From NCBI RefSeq assembly GCF_036365525.1, contig NC_090393.1:20693195-20757194 (forward strand): 64,000 nt of DNA, read 5' to 3'. The translations under genes and the position numbers were made by a program. The DNA is from Heterodontus francisci (taxonomy: Eukaryota). Shown in pieces: positions 12,550 through 26,049 of this stretch (position 1 is its first letter; each line of letters starts with the position of its first letter). The notes beneath the pieces are model-generated. The model was not told where the DNA came from. It worked only from the letters and a program-made list of their open reading frames with translations, and made no database searches.

Positions 12550-12760
12550 GCTGCAGTCTCCTCTGCATTAGGGAAACCAATTAGCAGATTAGGTGATCGC
12601 ATTGCTGAACGCCTCTGTTCTGTCGACTAGTGTGACATCAAACTCCCGGCCATTGGCCAATCCATCCCATTTCCACTCACACTCAGGCCACTCTATCTTT
12701 GGCCTTCTACGTTGTTCCAATGATGTTCAACGTAAGTTTGAGGAACAGCATTTCATTGAG
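12550..12760 (+). mobile_element. Penelope-like (GIY-YIG end) fragment
   Basis: Degenerate GLL.C....QRK.EEQH motif; split by a CR1 in unit B. Confidence 0.5.
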
Positions 12761-13430
12761 ACACGTGGTAGTTCTCTGGTTTTAACAACTTGAGACAGCT
12801 CCCATTTTCGCACATGGAAGTAGGTGCTGGACATGTGGTATAGATTTGCTGCTGTTTCTGGAGTGGGCGGGGAGAGGGGGCAAGGTGCAGGTTGGAACCT
12901 CCCTCAGAACAGTAATGGTACAGTGGTCTGCGGCCTGAGGAACAGGGCTAAGGCATAGCTGGTCAGAATTTCCAACACTGATTAAGTTTATGGAGGTGCC
13001 TTCCATGCTGTAAACATTGTACTCCTAATCTGAAGCAACAAAGGAACATGAGAAACATGGAAACTTGGGTCCAGAACAGCAGTTAAAGTGAGCAAGTGTC
13101 AGGATATTAGGATAGATTTGTTCACTGGAGCACTCTTGCAGCTCGAGTACCCAGCATGACATGGAAGTGACCCTGACCCGACAATGTGGGATGTGATCCT
13201 TGGCTTTGTGTTTAGACAGGGAAAGGGGTTTCGCTCCACCTCTCTTGTCCTGCTGGAGTGAAACTGCTGGAATTTGAGGCCCGGAGGTTTTCATGAGATA
13301 AATTAATTGATTGGTGTGATGCACTGTATTTTCATATGTTGTATTGTTCAAGCCCTGACTACAGGAAGCAGGTCCTCTGCGTCACATCTCAGCTGATGCT
13401 ACTCTGTTGTTATTTTTGACTGTGGCAGCA

Positions 13431-13640
13431 GAAAGGAACCTGAAAGTGAGAGAGATGGGAGCCCAGTACCTGTTACCTGGAGCCAGGTTCTCTCTCTGCT
13501 GCTGACTGCAATGTCATTTCCCGGACACAGAGGGGAGTTTTGGGGAAATGAAAGTTGTTTGTTATAATAGAGCCGGAGATGTCAGGCAATCAGAGTACAG
13601 CAGGGCTGTGACGTTCAGAAAGTGGGTCTGACAATAAAAG
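13431..13640 (+). promoter_or_regulatory. ISG15-A promoter: IRF-E/ISRE-like sites, CRE half-site, TATA-like
   Basis: GAAAGGAACCTGAAAGTGA (13431), GAAATGAAAGT (13545-13555), TGACGT (13609), AATAAAA (13633); the same layout is conserved in the third paralog. Confidence 0.6.
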
Positions 13641-13664
13641 GAGAGGAGGGAGCCAGAGACACAG

Positions 13665-13856
13665 CCAGATCGGATTGTTTCCCGAGAGTGGCAGAGAAAT
13701 CACGGAGCAGTTGAAGCAGAGAGAGTTTTATTCACTCATTGCAGAGAATCGGTGTGAAGGAAAACAGAAAAAACAAACTGCGCAGGAAAAGTGAATCAGA
13801 CACGATTCTACAGAACAACTTCTGATTCACCTGGGCTTGTGCTTCCAGCAAGGATT
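13665..13856 (+). other. ISG15: ISG15-A non-coding exon 1 (start approximate); intron 13857-14857
   Basis: Homologous to 53475-53636; donor |GTGAGG; branch CTGAC and acceptor tcaacag| at 14857. A 5'UTR intron is typical of fish ISG15. Confidence 0.6.
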
Positions 13857-14869
13857 GTGAGGTAGCCTGTCTTTTATTTAGGAATCCCAATATTCTAATT
13901 CTAAACTTTAAAATGGGATGTTTTGAAAATTAATGAAATACACAGTTTAAAATAAGTTATTATTATTATCTGAACCGGGAGAGGAACATTTTAAAAATGC
14001 AACCTGTAAGTTACTGTAGACAATATTAAGCAACGTCTGCTATAATGCATGAAGTATTTATTATCTAATATTATCAGGATAATTCCTTGTTTTTAAATAG
14101 AATGGCTGAGTCTGAGATGAACCATTTCTGTACAGGATAACTCTCTGCTGAGTGGTTTTTACATAACTGGACAGATTTCATTCATGGACCACTGTATCAA
14201 AGAAAACATTCTACTCAATGCAAGGGTGCTTTTCTTGTCTATTGGACTAGAGGTGTCCTGGCTTCTGGTTCAGAGAGTTATATGGGCGGTTTCTTTAATA
14301 TGATCCTGAAACTCTGTGGCCATTTTCCTCCATTTACACACATTCTCTAGATTCTGCTGATGACTTGCTGAGGTTATGGTGGAAGATGAGGAGAAAACCC
14401 ACAGAATTTCTGGGCCCATGTTTTTATGTCCCCATTAACCTGAGTCTCAGACTCTGAAATGTTACACTGAAAGCTTCTTCAGGCGGCTGACCAGTATTGC
14501 AACTCAGTAACCAGCAGACCCTCGAGTTTCTGAAGATTTTATCAATGTCAGGATAGGGCAGCAAAGATACAACCAAATGCAAAAGGCAGAACAGATTGGA
14601 AATCTGCCACTTTTTCTTGGCTGGAAGTAAAGAGTTTGGGAAGAATATTGGTTCCTTCGGGATTCAGATGTCAATAGGAAGGAAGACTTGGGGATTAGTG
14701 TAGGTGAACCTTACACAAGAATTGATCCCAGCTTCTGTCTGTACAGCTAATGCTTGGGAGAATGTGTTGTGAGTTTTAAATTCTATCATTTATTCCTTGC
14801 AATTGATTTGTGATATAAAGTGTCCACATCACTGACATCCTGTTCATTTCTCAACAGCAAGTGAACAAG

Positions 14870-15337
14870 ATGAGACTCCAGGTGAAGTTTATGACCGGTG
14901 AGATTATCGAACTTGTGATCGACCCTTCCATCCAAGTGTCGGCTCTCAAGATGTTGATATTTGAAAAGAGCAAGGTGCCCTATTTCCAACAGCGTCTGAT
15001 GGTGCAAAACGGGAGCAGTGTGGAGCTGAAGGATGACAAGAGGCTGTCCGACTACAATGTCTCTCCCAGCGACGCTGTCCTGCTGCTTGTCAAGAATGAG
15101 CAGTGCATGCAGATATTCCTGCAGAATGACAAGGGGAAAACATCTACATACGACGTTCTTCCCTCTGAGTCAGTTCAGGCTTTTAGAGCACGAGTACAAC
15201 GGCAGGAGGGTGTCCCAGCCAACCAGCAGCGCCTGATGTATGAGGGGAAACAGCTGGAAGATGGTCGATTGCTCTCTGACTACAATATTCAGCCTCAGGG
15301 CACCATCTTTCTCCTGCTACGTCTACGGGGGGGTTAA
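14870..15337 (+). CDS. ISG15: ISG15-like di-ubiquitin protein copy A, 155 aa, ends LRLRGG*
   Basis: Two UBL domains; FQQRL in N-lobe, [16 protein letters not shown] in C-lobe (fish ISG15-like); aagATG just after the splice acceptor. Confidence 0.9.
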   Translation: MRLQVKFMTGEIIELVIDPSIQVSALKMLIFEKSKVPYFQQRLMVQNGSSVELKDDKRLSDYNVSPSDAVLLLVKNEQCMQIFLQNDKGKTSTYDVLPSESVQAFRARVQRQEGVPANQQRLMYEGKQLEDGRLLSDYNIQPQGTIFLLLRLRGG

Positions 15338-16206
15338 CTTGAACTTATAGCGGTTAATCAGATGAACTATAGATATTACAGAAATAAGTTATTTATAGTG
15401 CCAATTCATCAACTTTTTTCATAACTCCTGTTTTCTAATGCGCAGTTTGTAAGAGGCCAAGATTGCACAGTCACTGACATGTCCAATACACTTTTGGTTC
15501 TTATTCCTGTCTGCCCTGCTTTAGTTTATAACAGGGGGAAGTTTGGTCACCTGTTACTGTCTGGCTACAGAATGATGGCGATGGAGGCCTGGGTGCAGCT
15601 CACCTTCCTGCATTCTCAGCTAGGAAAGGGTGCTGATATAAGACACTGGATGCAATTTTTACAAGGAACAGCAGCATAATTAACAGCGCAGAAGATATCG
15701 GGAGACTAGTAAAGCAATCTGTTTGATTCTGATCATTGTCCTCTGATACTTCTATTGAAATCAAGCTTAGACCCATAGGCCAAAAGTATATTCTGTTACC
15801 CTTAAGGATTCTGTTGAAGAGCTGGACTAATCTCAATCTAGCGAGTGAGTCTCTGACGAGTCCACAGCTCAAAACTGGCCTTTCATTCGGTACTAATTCA
15901 CATTCTCAGAGGCCATGATAGCTGATGTGGCATTTCCAAAATGTTACACTCGGCAGGAGAGACCATGCCAAAAATTCCCCATACAAAGATCAACAAAGAT
16001 TGTCTGTCTGCTTTACTTTAAAATGATTCCAGGTAGTCTGTAAATAATTGCTTTAACCTTAATGTGTTCTGGGAGAAATGTATGTGTTCAGCATTGGAAT
16101 GTTTTAATCTGAGTGCTTTCCATTTTACAATAGCAGATTATATCAGGCCTGCAATTTGTATCTGGCAAAATATCCAATGTTGTTTGAAAGTAAAGCTGTT
16201 CATGTT

Positions 16207-16212
16207 AATAAA
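16207..16212 (+). terminator. Candidate polyadenylation signal of ISG15-A
   Basis: AATAAA inside a 3' block conserved with the third paralog, which has AATAAA at 57515-57520. Confidence 0.45.
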
Positions 16213-17480
16213 AAACAAAATCAGTTTTTATAATCTGTCTGAATTGTCTGTGGCTCTGCCTGCGTTACATCCGGGATCTGTATTTAAACCCAATTTAAGA
16301 TGATTTACCCGAACCAAGTGTTGATTCAAGAATCAGCTGTGAATGAGGCACCTTTCAATGTCCAGGAATCACACCAACCCCGATCACTGTTCCATATTTT
16401 CCACTGTTGAATTATATTATACCGGTTGATTTCCTGTGGCCTTTCACATGACATTTTAGAGAATATGGGCAGGATTTTTAGGTCCTTGTGTGGGTGAGAA
16501 CTGAGGTGGGTGGCTGCTAAAAATAGCCAAAAAATGAATGGTACTGATGCATCCTGGGAAATTAGGTACACTGCACATGCTCAGACTGCACAATCTAAAT
16601 GGTTCTCACAGCACCACAGCTTTGGGTAAAAATAGCAAATGCAAGCCCAGGCTTTTGGGAGAACAATAAAGGTTTACAACGCAGAAATATTGGCCTATCA
16701 TGTCTGCATTGACTGTTTGCTGAACTATCAAGTAAAAATGTTAATTAAGGCAGCAAATGATACAAAAGATAATTCCACTGATTAAATTAGTTATAACAAT
16801 GAAATATGTCTTTAGAATTGTCTTTTGCTCTAGCCCCTATTTTGAACATTAGAAATTTTGACATGGCATGTTTCTTATTCAAACACCTGCCCAGATGCAC
16901 CTACTTGGGACAAGGGCATTACTGAGGCAGAGAGGATGTCACTCAGTGACTCACAGAGCACTAGTGAGCAGGTGGCAGTCCAAGAGGTCAATGCAGCCTC
17001 AAGACATCAGCAAGAGGCTCACAGAGCAGTTTTGTTTCTGGAGTGGCGCCAATGACTGCTTACATAGATGGCCAGAAGAGGCAGTAATCACAGGGCTTTG
17101 CTGGAACTATTCAACCTGCTCTCACACAGACTATTAGTTCAAATGAGCCCATGTTCAGAATTGGTGAACTGTAAGGAGTGGTCAGAGAAGTCACTGCTTT
17201 TTATGGCAATGACGTGAGTCTCAGATCAAGGAAGTGTTTTTCCAGGGAGGCCTCCTGCTACTTCAAAATGGGTGAGGCATAAAGTGGAACAGTAGAAAAG
17301 GGTGAGGGGAGAGCGGAATGGAGTGGAGCACAAGCAAAGAGTGGTACAGTAGAAAAGGGAGATCGTTGAGTCTGTGAGCAGCATGGTAAAGAAAATTCAC
17401 AATGTGACATCACAGCACAAGGAGGGAAGGCAGGGTAAGTTACAGGTAAATATCAATTTAATCTATAACTTAGACTATAT

Positions 17481-18506
17481 TGTTATGACTGAGGCAGGAG
17501 GAGTGCACTGTTTATTCTAGTTCCACTTCTCCACGATCACAACATATTTATAAACTTTTTCCCGCTTACCGATACAGTCAATCATAGACTCTATTTGTAT
17601 CCCAGAATAAACACACCAACCAGGTTTCTTTAATCAATGACAAAATTAACAGTTTATTATAAAAGAATTTTTATCCAGTAATGAAGTAAAGCATAAATAC
17701 ACAAATTGAAATATTCAAGTTCCCTTTTTATCTTCGCTCCCCATACACATACACCGGTTAACGGGAAAAATAAAGGGATTTTTGTTTTAGGGCTCTATTA
17801 GACAAAAAAACACTTGGGTTGAATACTTGCTCATTCTTGAAGAAACAGCAGATGAGATATGTTGTGTTCCAAAACTGGCATACAGTCTGCCTTCAAAGTA
17901 CACGTAGATGGGTCACTGGGATCTTTTAGAACAGTTCTTTTAAGGCAGTGTTGATAACTAATTTATCAGGCTTTTCTTCAAAGACAGGAGACACGATGAG
18001 TTGACACAGTGGACTTCTCAGGGTCTTTTAGCGATGTGCTGGAAAGCTGAGCTTGGTTATGGTCTTCTCTTGTTTGTTGGGAATTCTATTTTCTCCTTGG
18101 AGGTTCTCTCCCTTTTGATACAGTTCAAACCCAACTCAAAGCAATTCAAAAGCAAAACCGACAACAGGAGGTCAACTTTTGACCGCCATCCAGCTTGACG
18201 AGTCACTTCTTTGTAAACAACTTCTCCAGGTGTCCAAAGTGCTCTGTTGTTTATTGAGCTAGAAGTCAGGTGGTTTCCTGGAATGGCTTGTTGTTTCTGC
18301 AAGTCAGGTGGTTTCTCAGAAAGGCTTGTTTGCTTCACAAGACCTCTCAGTGCCCCTTTTAAAAAACATTTCCAGGGACTGTTTTCAACGCCGACTGCCT
18401 TTACGTGACTCCCTTTGAAAACCCCAAAGTTTAACATTTCTTCAATCTTTCAAAAATGAATCCTCAAAAAATACATTTAACAAAACACAGAGGGACTTTT
18501 GCAACA
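17481..18506. mobile_element. Solo LTR with 4-bp TSD; copy at 46218-47244
   Basis: TGTT...AACA termini flanked by ATAT on both sides. Confidence 0.7.
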
Positions 18507-18975
18507 ATATCAAGTAATTATCTTAAAGACTAAAAAAATGCTAAGTTGTTTCAATACATAAGCTTTAAATAATTAAATAAATAAGAAAATATTGTGTGGG
18601 AATGACAGAGCGGGTGGTGTGCTGCAACTGTGGGAGTTTGTGGACAGCATTGTAATAGCAGACATCCACATCTGCAGTAAGTGTCTGCATCCTGACCGCG
18701 GCACCATGGTCCAAGAAGCCATTTAAGGGGGGGTGGGTGTGGAGGTGAGGAATGTGGCAGCTGTAGAGGACAGTATAGTCAGGGGGATTGATACTGTTCA
18801 ACAGGGAGTTCCCAAGGTTGCATTACCTGCCCAGTGCCCCAGCTAGTTCCTGACACACTGATCTTGAAAACTTTTCGGAATGCATTCGAGAAACACATTC
18901 TCCACATTATTACTTCAACTTTGTTTGGCCAGTCTACATGACAAGATTAAAGTCTTCCATGATGAAAGACTCATA

Positions 18976-19699
18976 GGCCAGAATTTTACCAGCCCTTTGG
19001 AGATGGGCTGAGAGGCAGGAGGGATGGTAAAATGGTGATGGAAGGCTTCAGAAGGGAAGCTTGACGTCGGGAGATATTCACAGTGGTGGGAACAGGAGCA
19101 GCATGGCCGCCCACCAACAGGAGGTGTCTGACCAATTAAGACAATTAATTGGCCTATTGACATCCATTTTACCACCCCGCCAGCATTTTGACTGGGTCAG
19201 AATGCCCTCCCTCCCAAGGCACGAGGCAGCCTTCCAGCAGCTTCCAAGGGGCCACCTTCCTTTCCGAATGTTTCATTACACACGGAGGGGCCCACCGGGG
19301 GCAACGGCCACCCCTGCAGCTCCGCACTGCTGCTGGAGGGCTCACCCCTCCGATCGCCGGAGCCTGCCTGTCTGGCCCCAGCACATTACTACTTTTTTCT
19401 GCCAGGCCTCCAAGGACATCTCAATACGGAGACACCCGCTCTTTCCCCTTGCAGCCTCGGCAACGGCCGCCTCTATCAGTGGTTCTGCCGAGGCTGCAGA
19501 GCTGCTGGCCCTCTGATTTGGCGGACAGCTCGGAGAGGTACACCACCATCCTGAATGGGATGGTGGGACCAGCAGCAGCCTCGTAATTGACCATCACTGG
19601 TAAAATTATCACCACGGTCCCACCCTTCACCTGTGTGGGCTCGAGTCCCACATTTCGTCTCAACATCGAGACTTGCGGCATCCCGATAAAATCGTGACC
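18976..19699. mobile_element. Harbinger-like MITE
   Basis: GGCCAGAATTTTA ... TAAAATCGTGACC, 3-bp TSD ATA. Confidence 0.55.
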
Positions 19700-20269
19700 A
19701 TAGAATCATTATGGAAGAGAAGGAGGCTATTCGGCCCATTGTTAACTCTCAGTAGAGCAATCCAGTCAGTCCCATTCCCTGGCTCTATCCCTGTAACCCT
19801 GCAAGCTCATTTCTCTCATATGCCCATCCAATTTCCTTTTCAAAACATTAATCATCTCCGCTTCTGCCATCCTCATAGACAGCAAGTTCCAGGTCATTAC
19901 TAATAGATGCATAAAAAAGATTTTCCTCACATCCTGCTGGAAAGTGCTGGAAAATGGAATTAGAATAGGTAGGTGCTTGATGGCCAGCACAGACACGATG
20001 GGCCAAAGGGCCTGTTTCTGTGTTCTATCACTCTATGAGTCTATGACTCTATGCTCCCTGTATCTTTGGGCCAAAACCTTAAATCTATGTCCCCTAGTCC
20101 TTGTACTTTCAACCAATGGGAACAGCTTTTCTTGGTCTGTTTTATCTAAACCTTTCATAATATTGTTGGTACCTCCGTTGGTGTTATCTGTTTCCCAGAA
20201 GCTTGACTATTATTGATCTCCACCTCTGTCTGTTCTCTGCTGTTCTTACACATTCTGCATAGTTCAACT

Positions 20270-21255
20270 GCATCCAGTCCATTATATCCGTCATTCATTC
20301 TTTTCTTTCCTTCTCTCCTACGTTTTCCATCAATCTTTCCTTTCAATAATTGTCTCCGTCTACCTTCTGCTCAAAAAATGTGACTGAAGTATTGTATTTT
20401 TCTCTCTTTGATGTTATGCAGTAATTTCCTTTTCTCTCCAGCCATTTCCAGCACTTCCTCATTCGTCTTTCTGTCTGTGTAGGATATGCAGAACATCATC
20501 TGATATTTCCTCATCTTGAATGCATTCAGATTATCAATAGTCAGTTTGTTTGTTGTCCATGTCTCCGAGGCGTAGAACATTGATGACAAAATGTAACACC
20601 TCAGCATTCTTTTCCTAAGATTCAGGTTCAGTTTCTTTGATGTTAACAAGTCCTTCATTCTGATAAAGCTGGTCTGGGCTATCTCAATTCTCCTTCAGAT
20701 CTCACAATCACATCTCCCATCATCTGTGATAATCTGTCCAAGGTCAATAAACCTTTTCACTTGTTCCAGGACTTGTCCATTTACTTCAGTTTTCACTTCC
20801 AGGGTTAGGTCTCTGCTTATCACCATTGTCTTGGTTTCCTTCACATTCATGTTAATCAATATTCCGCACTCCTTGCATACATTTGTTCACAATTTCCTGC
20901 AGGGCCTCTTCTCACTCTTCAATCAGTGCAGGGTCATCTGCATATCTCAAGTTGTTAACGTTCAACCCATCAATATTGCAACCCGGTAGATGTTCCATGT
21001 CTCTGAAGATCTCTTCAACATTCAGGTTGAACAGTTTTGGGACATAACACATCGCTGACACACTCTTCTTTTGATTAGGAAACTGTCAGACAAGCTGTTA
21101 TCAAGCCTCATCACCACTGATTGCTTCCAATATAGATTCTGAATCATCCTTATATAATTCTGTCAATTTCTAGTTTGTTTATACATTCCATTATTTTCTG
21201 ATGGTAGACTCGATCAAATGCCTTCTCATAGTCTATAAAGCATACACAGGTTTTT
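20270..21255 (-). mobile_element. RTE-like LINE RT fragment
   Basis: ORF 20371-20658 LRKRMLRCYI.S...YASETWT...SYTDRKTNEEVL. Confidence 0.75.
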
Positions 21256-24200
21256 GTATTTCCAGATATCTTTCAGTCACTACAAAATTCTTATAGGGCT
21301 CAACAGAGTAAATACAGGAAGGCTGTTTCCTCTGGTTGAGGAGTCCAGTACCAGGGAACACAGTCTCAGAATAAGGGGCAGGCCACTTAGGACTGAGATG
21401 AGGAGGAATTTCTTCACTCAGAGGGTGGCAAATCTTAGGAATTCTCTGTCTTAGAGGGCTGTGGAGGCTCAGTCATTGAGTATGTTCAAGACTGAGATCA
21501 ATAGATTTCTACATATTAAAGACATGAAGGGATACAGCAATAGTACAGGAAAATGGTGTTGAAGTAGAAGATCAGCCTTGATCTCAAAATAAGAAATACC
21601 AGAAATGCTCGAAGCAGAGTTAACGTTTCAGATCAGTGACCCTTCATCAGAACTTCATCAGCCATGATTTCATTGAATACGTAATGGAAACCATACCTGT
21701 GAAATGGAAACAGATTAATTTTGTCATGTGGAACACTATTTGGCTGGACATTGAAAATAACTTGTTTCAAAAGACCACAGAAAAGTGGCTGAAAACATGG
21801 CTGCACACTTGCATTCCTAGAGACAGTTGCACAGGGAGACAATGGAACTGCCCCCTGATTCAATTAGCCAGATGTGTTTTGTCAATAGTGATAATCAAAA
21901 GATATTGAGAGTCATTGTCTGTGTAAGAGCCAGGAGTCCTCTCTCTCCCCACCACCACCACCCCCACCCCCGCCACACTGTGTGTGTCTCGTAACCTTTG
22001 AAGAATCAACAAACCTGGCAGGCAATGCTGTCTCAAACAATGAGTTGGTCACATGACTAACCTGCTGACCAACCTGGGAACTGATTGAATTGTGCATCAC
22101 AGTAAAGTTTTTGACAGACTGCTTTTGAAGACCAAAAGAGGAGCAAGATCTCTCTCTCTCTCTCTCCCTGTCTCTCTCTCACGCAAAGTTACAGGGATGC
22201 ATGGAAGTAAGTTCAGCATCAAGACAGAAGACTGCTGCAGCCTTCTGGCACCAGCAAAACAAGTTTGAAAGTGTGCATGGGCCCCAGTGAGAACTGCAAG
22301 ACTTAACTTCAATCAAAGACTTTACGTCCAACCCAAAACCAGTAACTGAATTCCATCTACTACTTCAAACCTCCGCCCACAATTTAATTCTTTCTGCCCC
22401 TCTGTAACTATTTGTGTGTGTGTTTATTGCATATACGTGCTAGCATAGTTGTGTCACGTATTTTTGTAGTTGTAACTGAGTTAGAGTTTTAAGGTTAATA
22501 AACTTGCACCTTCATTGTTTAAACCCGAGAAAACCTGTCTGGTTGATTCCTTTACAATTACAAATAGAGAGCAGTGTGCAAGGACTCACTGAGGGGAATT
22601 TAAAAGAAAAACAGTGTTTTAAAAGTAAACCCTGTTCTGGTCAAAACAGGAAAAGGCTGAAAGGGGAGTCCTAGACCCCTTCCTCACCTGGTCATAACAG
22701 AAATTTTGGGGCTCGTCTGGGATTGGACCCACAGACAAACGAGAAATTGGAAATGGGAAATCAAATTGATCCCAATCAAAAAGAGAAAAGATTTCAATAC
22801 AGGTTTTCTTGTGGTTGTGCGTGCTAGAATACTATATTCTGTCCGTGACCGAAGCCAGTACACTCCCAAGCCAGGGTGAAGTAACTTTGGATAAGTTAAA
22901 GGCACTGTCTATGGAGGAGTTGAGAAATATGGCTGAGCGGTGTGGGATCACTTTCCGTGCCAAGGCTAGGAAGTCCAAACTCCTAAGACTAATGGCCAAC
23001 CATTTTTCCCTCGAGTCGGAAGAATCAGAGACAGGGTTAGAAATAAACTCTGACAGGATATTGCTAGCAAAGATACAATTGGAACAGAGGAAACTTGAAT
23101 TAGAAGACAGGGAAAGAGAGAGAGAAAGGGCGAGAGAGGAAAGAGAGAAAGACAGGAGAAAGAGACAGAAATTTCCAGGAGATAAGAGAGCTGAAGCGGC
23201 TTGAGTTAAGTAGGGGGCGACAGAGTAACCCCAGTGAAAGCATGGAAAATACAAGTGGTGCGGGGCTGTGGAGTGAGTTTTAAAAATTTTCCCAACTGAT
23301 TCCAAAATTTAATGAGGGAGATGCGGAATGACTGGCAAGGCTGTTAAAATGGCCGGCTGAGAGTTGGACACTTCTGCTGCAAAGTAAGCTAACCAGAAAA
23401 GCCCATGAGATTTATTCCCTGTTACCAGATAAGAGTTCATCAAATTATGAACTGACATAAATGTTATCCTCGGGGTATATGAGCTAGTACTGGAAGCCGA
23501 CTGCCAGAAGTTCCGAACCCTCAGGAAACAAGCTGATCAAACTTACTTGGAATTTGAGAGAAGTAAGCAACTGGTTTTTGATCAGTGGTTGAGGGCTGTT
23601 AAAGTGCAGCCCAGCTATGAAATCCTCAGAGAAGTGATTTTGCTAGAGGAATTTATAAACTCTCTCCCCCTCTCCATAAAGACCCACATGGAGGAACAAA
23701 AAGTACATAGAGCGAGGCAAGCCTCAGTTCTGGCTGATGAATTTGCTCTAATATACAAGTTGGTTCCCCAGAGGAAAACCTTTCCGAGTCACCCCCACAA
23801 ATCCAAAAAGGAGAAAGGTTGGAAAGGTGTCAGGAGCCCAAGCAGTCCTGGGAGAGAAAAAAAAGCAGGTCACACAGGGGGCCTATCTCCAGCCAAAAAG
23901 GATAGTGCTGTAAGTAGGAGTGAGACCTGGAGACCTGTGTGTTTCAATGTAATAAGGCAGGTCATCCAAGAGCTGACTGCTGGAAACTATGGGGAAAGCC
24001 TGTCGGGTTCATCAGGGCACACCCACTCAGTGAAAGAGAAGGGACCGTGATGGAAAACACAGCTGTGGCTTTAAGTGCAGCAATAGTAAGACCCAGGAAA
24101 CATACTGCTGCAGCTGCGGAAAAATTTAATCGGATCCCAGAAGGTTAACAGGATTTTGTGTCAGAAGGGAGAGTAACCCCATACCCCTCAAGGAAGACCA

Positions 24201-25145
24201 GAGTAATCCTCAGGCACGCAGGGGCCACTAGATCCCTTTTACTGGGAAAAGGCCTGACCTTTCCCCCAGAGAGTGTACCAGAATGGTGGCAAATAGTATT
24301 GGAGGGCAGTGTGCGCCTGTTCCTTTACACCGGGTGCACTTGGAGTGTGACCTAGTTTCAGGACTGATGACCATAGGGATTGTCCCTAGTTTGCCTGTGG
24401 ACAGGATTGATCTGCTCCTAGGTAATGATCTGGTGAGGGTGAAGGTGGTAGCTTTCCCAGTAGTGAAAGAGAGACCGCAGGAGGTCAGAGAGACATGGCA
24501 GTGGTAGGAGATGGTCCCCTGCAGTTCCCCTGAATGTGTAGTGAATTGGGCCATGGCCAAACCAGCTTCCCCCAGAGGAGACTGAATTGGCACTGCAGGC
24601 AGATGACCATGAGGTCTGTCTTTCTGAAACTTTCTTTGGAAAGTTAGAAGACCCAGGGAATGGATTAAATGGATTTTGCCTAGCTGAGGCGCAGCGAGCC
24701 GACCCAGTATTGAAAGAGTTAACGCAGGCTGCCCAGTCTGAAATTGAAGAAGAGGGAATCCTTGATTGCTACTATCTAATGAATGAGGTACTGATGAGGA
24801 AGTGGAGTTCTCCTCACCCACCTGAGGAGAAAGAGTGGACAGTTGTTCACCAGTTAGTGGTGCTGCAGAGGTACCGGAAAGAAATATTAAGAATGGCCCA
24901 TGGCTTGACAATGGCTATCCATGTCAGTTTGACTGACCAAAACTCCACAAAGATGCAGTGGAGTACTGTAGGAGTTGCCACGTGTGCCACGTTGAGGGGA
25001 AACCCCAACCTACAGTGAAATCTGCACCCCTAATTCCTGTATCGGCTTTTGGGAAATCTCCCAGCAGAGGGCTGGTGAATTGCAAGGGACCCCTGCTGAG
25101 AACAAAAGGCGACAGACGGGCACAGGTCTGGCAGAGAGTTAGAGA

Positions 25146-25487
25146 GGCACAGTGGCGCAGTGGTTAGCACCGCAGCCTCACAGCTCCAGCGACCCGGGTT
25201 TGATTCTGGGTACTGCCTGTGCAGAGTTTGCAAGTTCTCCCTGTGACTGCGTGGGTTTCCGTCAGGTGCTCCAGTTTCCTCCCACAACCAAAGACTTGCA
25301 GGTTGACAGGTAAATTGGCCATTGTAAATTGTCCCTAGTGTAGGCAGGTGGAAGGAGAATGGTGGGGATGTGGTAGGGAATATGGGATGAATGTAGGATT
25401 AGTATAAATGGGTGGTTGATGGTCAGCACAGACTCGGTGGGCCGAAGGGTCTGTTTCAGTGCTGTATCTCTAAATAATATAAAAAAA
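25146..25487 (+). mobile_element. tRNA-derived SINE (HE1/V-SINE type) nested in the Gypsy element
   Basis: A box TGGCGCAGTGG, B box GGTTTGATTC, V-SINE-like core, A-rich tail. Confidence 0.8.
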
Positions 25488-26049
25488 GAGGACAGGTTAA
25501 AGGAGGTCTGTAAGGATTCCCAAATGAAAACCCCTACTGTCCTGTCAACCAACCCCTAGATTTTGGAAAAATTAGACCCCATATTCTCCTATGTAAATGC
25601 AGACACCAGAAGCACCCCACCAGGGATGCTAACAGCACTTGCAGAAACCTGCAGGGACAAAGAAAGTCCTCAAGAGGGCAGAGAAACAGTGAGGATGAGG
25701 CCGAACCTGGTAGAAGTGCTGCAGTGGAGTGCAGTAGAATCTGGACAAATACTTGAAAGCAGGAGTGTCCCCGAGGACAACAAAAAGATTATCAAATAAT
25801 CCACCCCCACAGTCAGGAGAAAAGAGAACCAACAATACCCTAAAGTGAACAGCACTTGCATGACTCGGCAGAGCACTGAAAGAGAGGTCAGAGTGGATCC
25901 ACTCACTGTGACTCCCATGATCAGAGCTCCAATCCAGAGCTAATTGAATTTAACCATCCCCCTGCAGGCCCCAACAGGAACAAAGGCACCCGAGACAATC
26001 ATTGAAATGTGCAAACCTCAAACCTCCCCAAAAACCACGTTTATTGGCA

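Larger units (their letters stand above)
268..18927. repeat. Segmental duplication unit A (OASL + ISG15)
   Basis: Colinear, near-identical to 29230-47665 including introns and shared repeats. Confidence 0.92.

Noticed and set aside
9237-13430. True shared bidirectional promoter
   Set aside because: The promoters are about 4 kb apart, have separate ISREs, and most of the spacer is repeat-derived and deleted in unit B
25146-25215. tRNA gene
   Set aside because: A and B boxes belong to a SINE head followed by SINE body and A-rich tail
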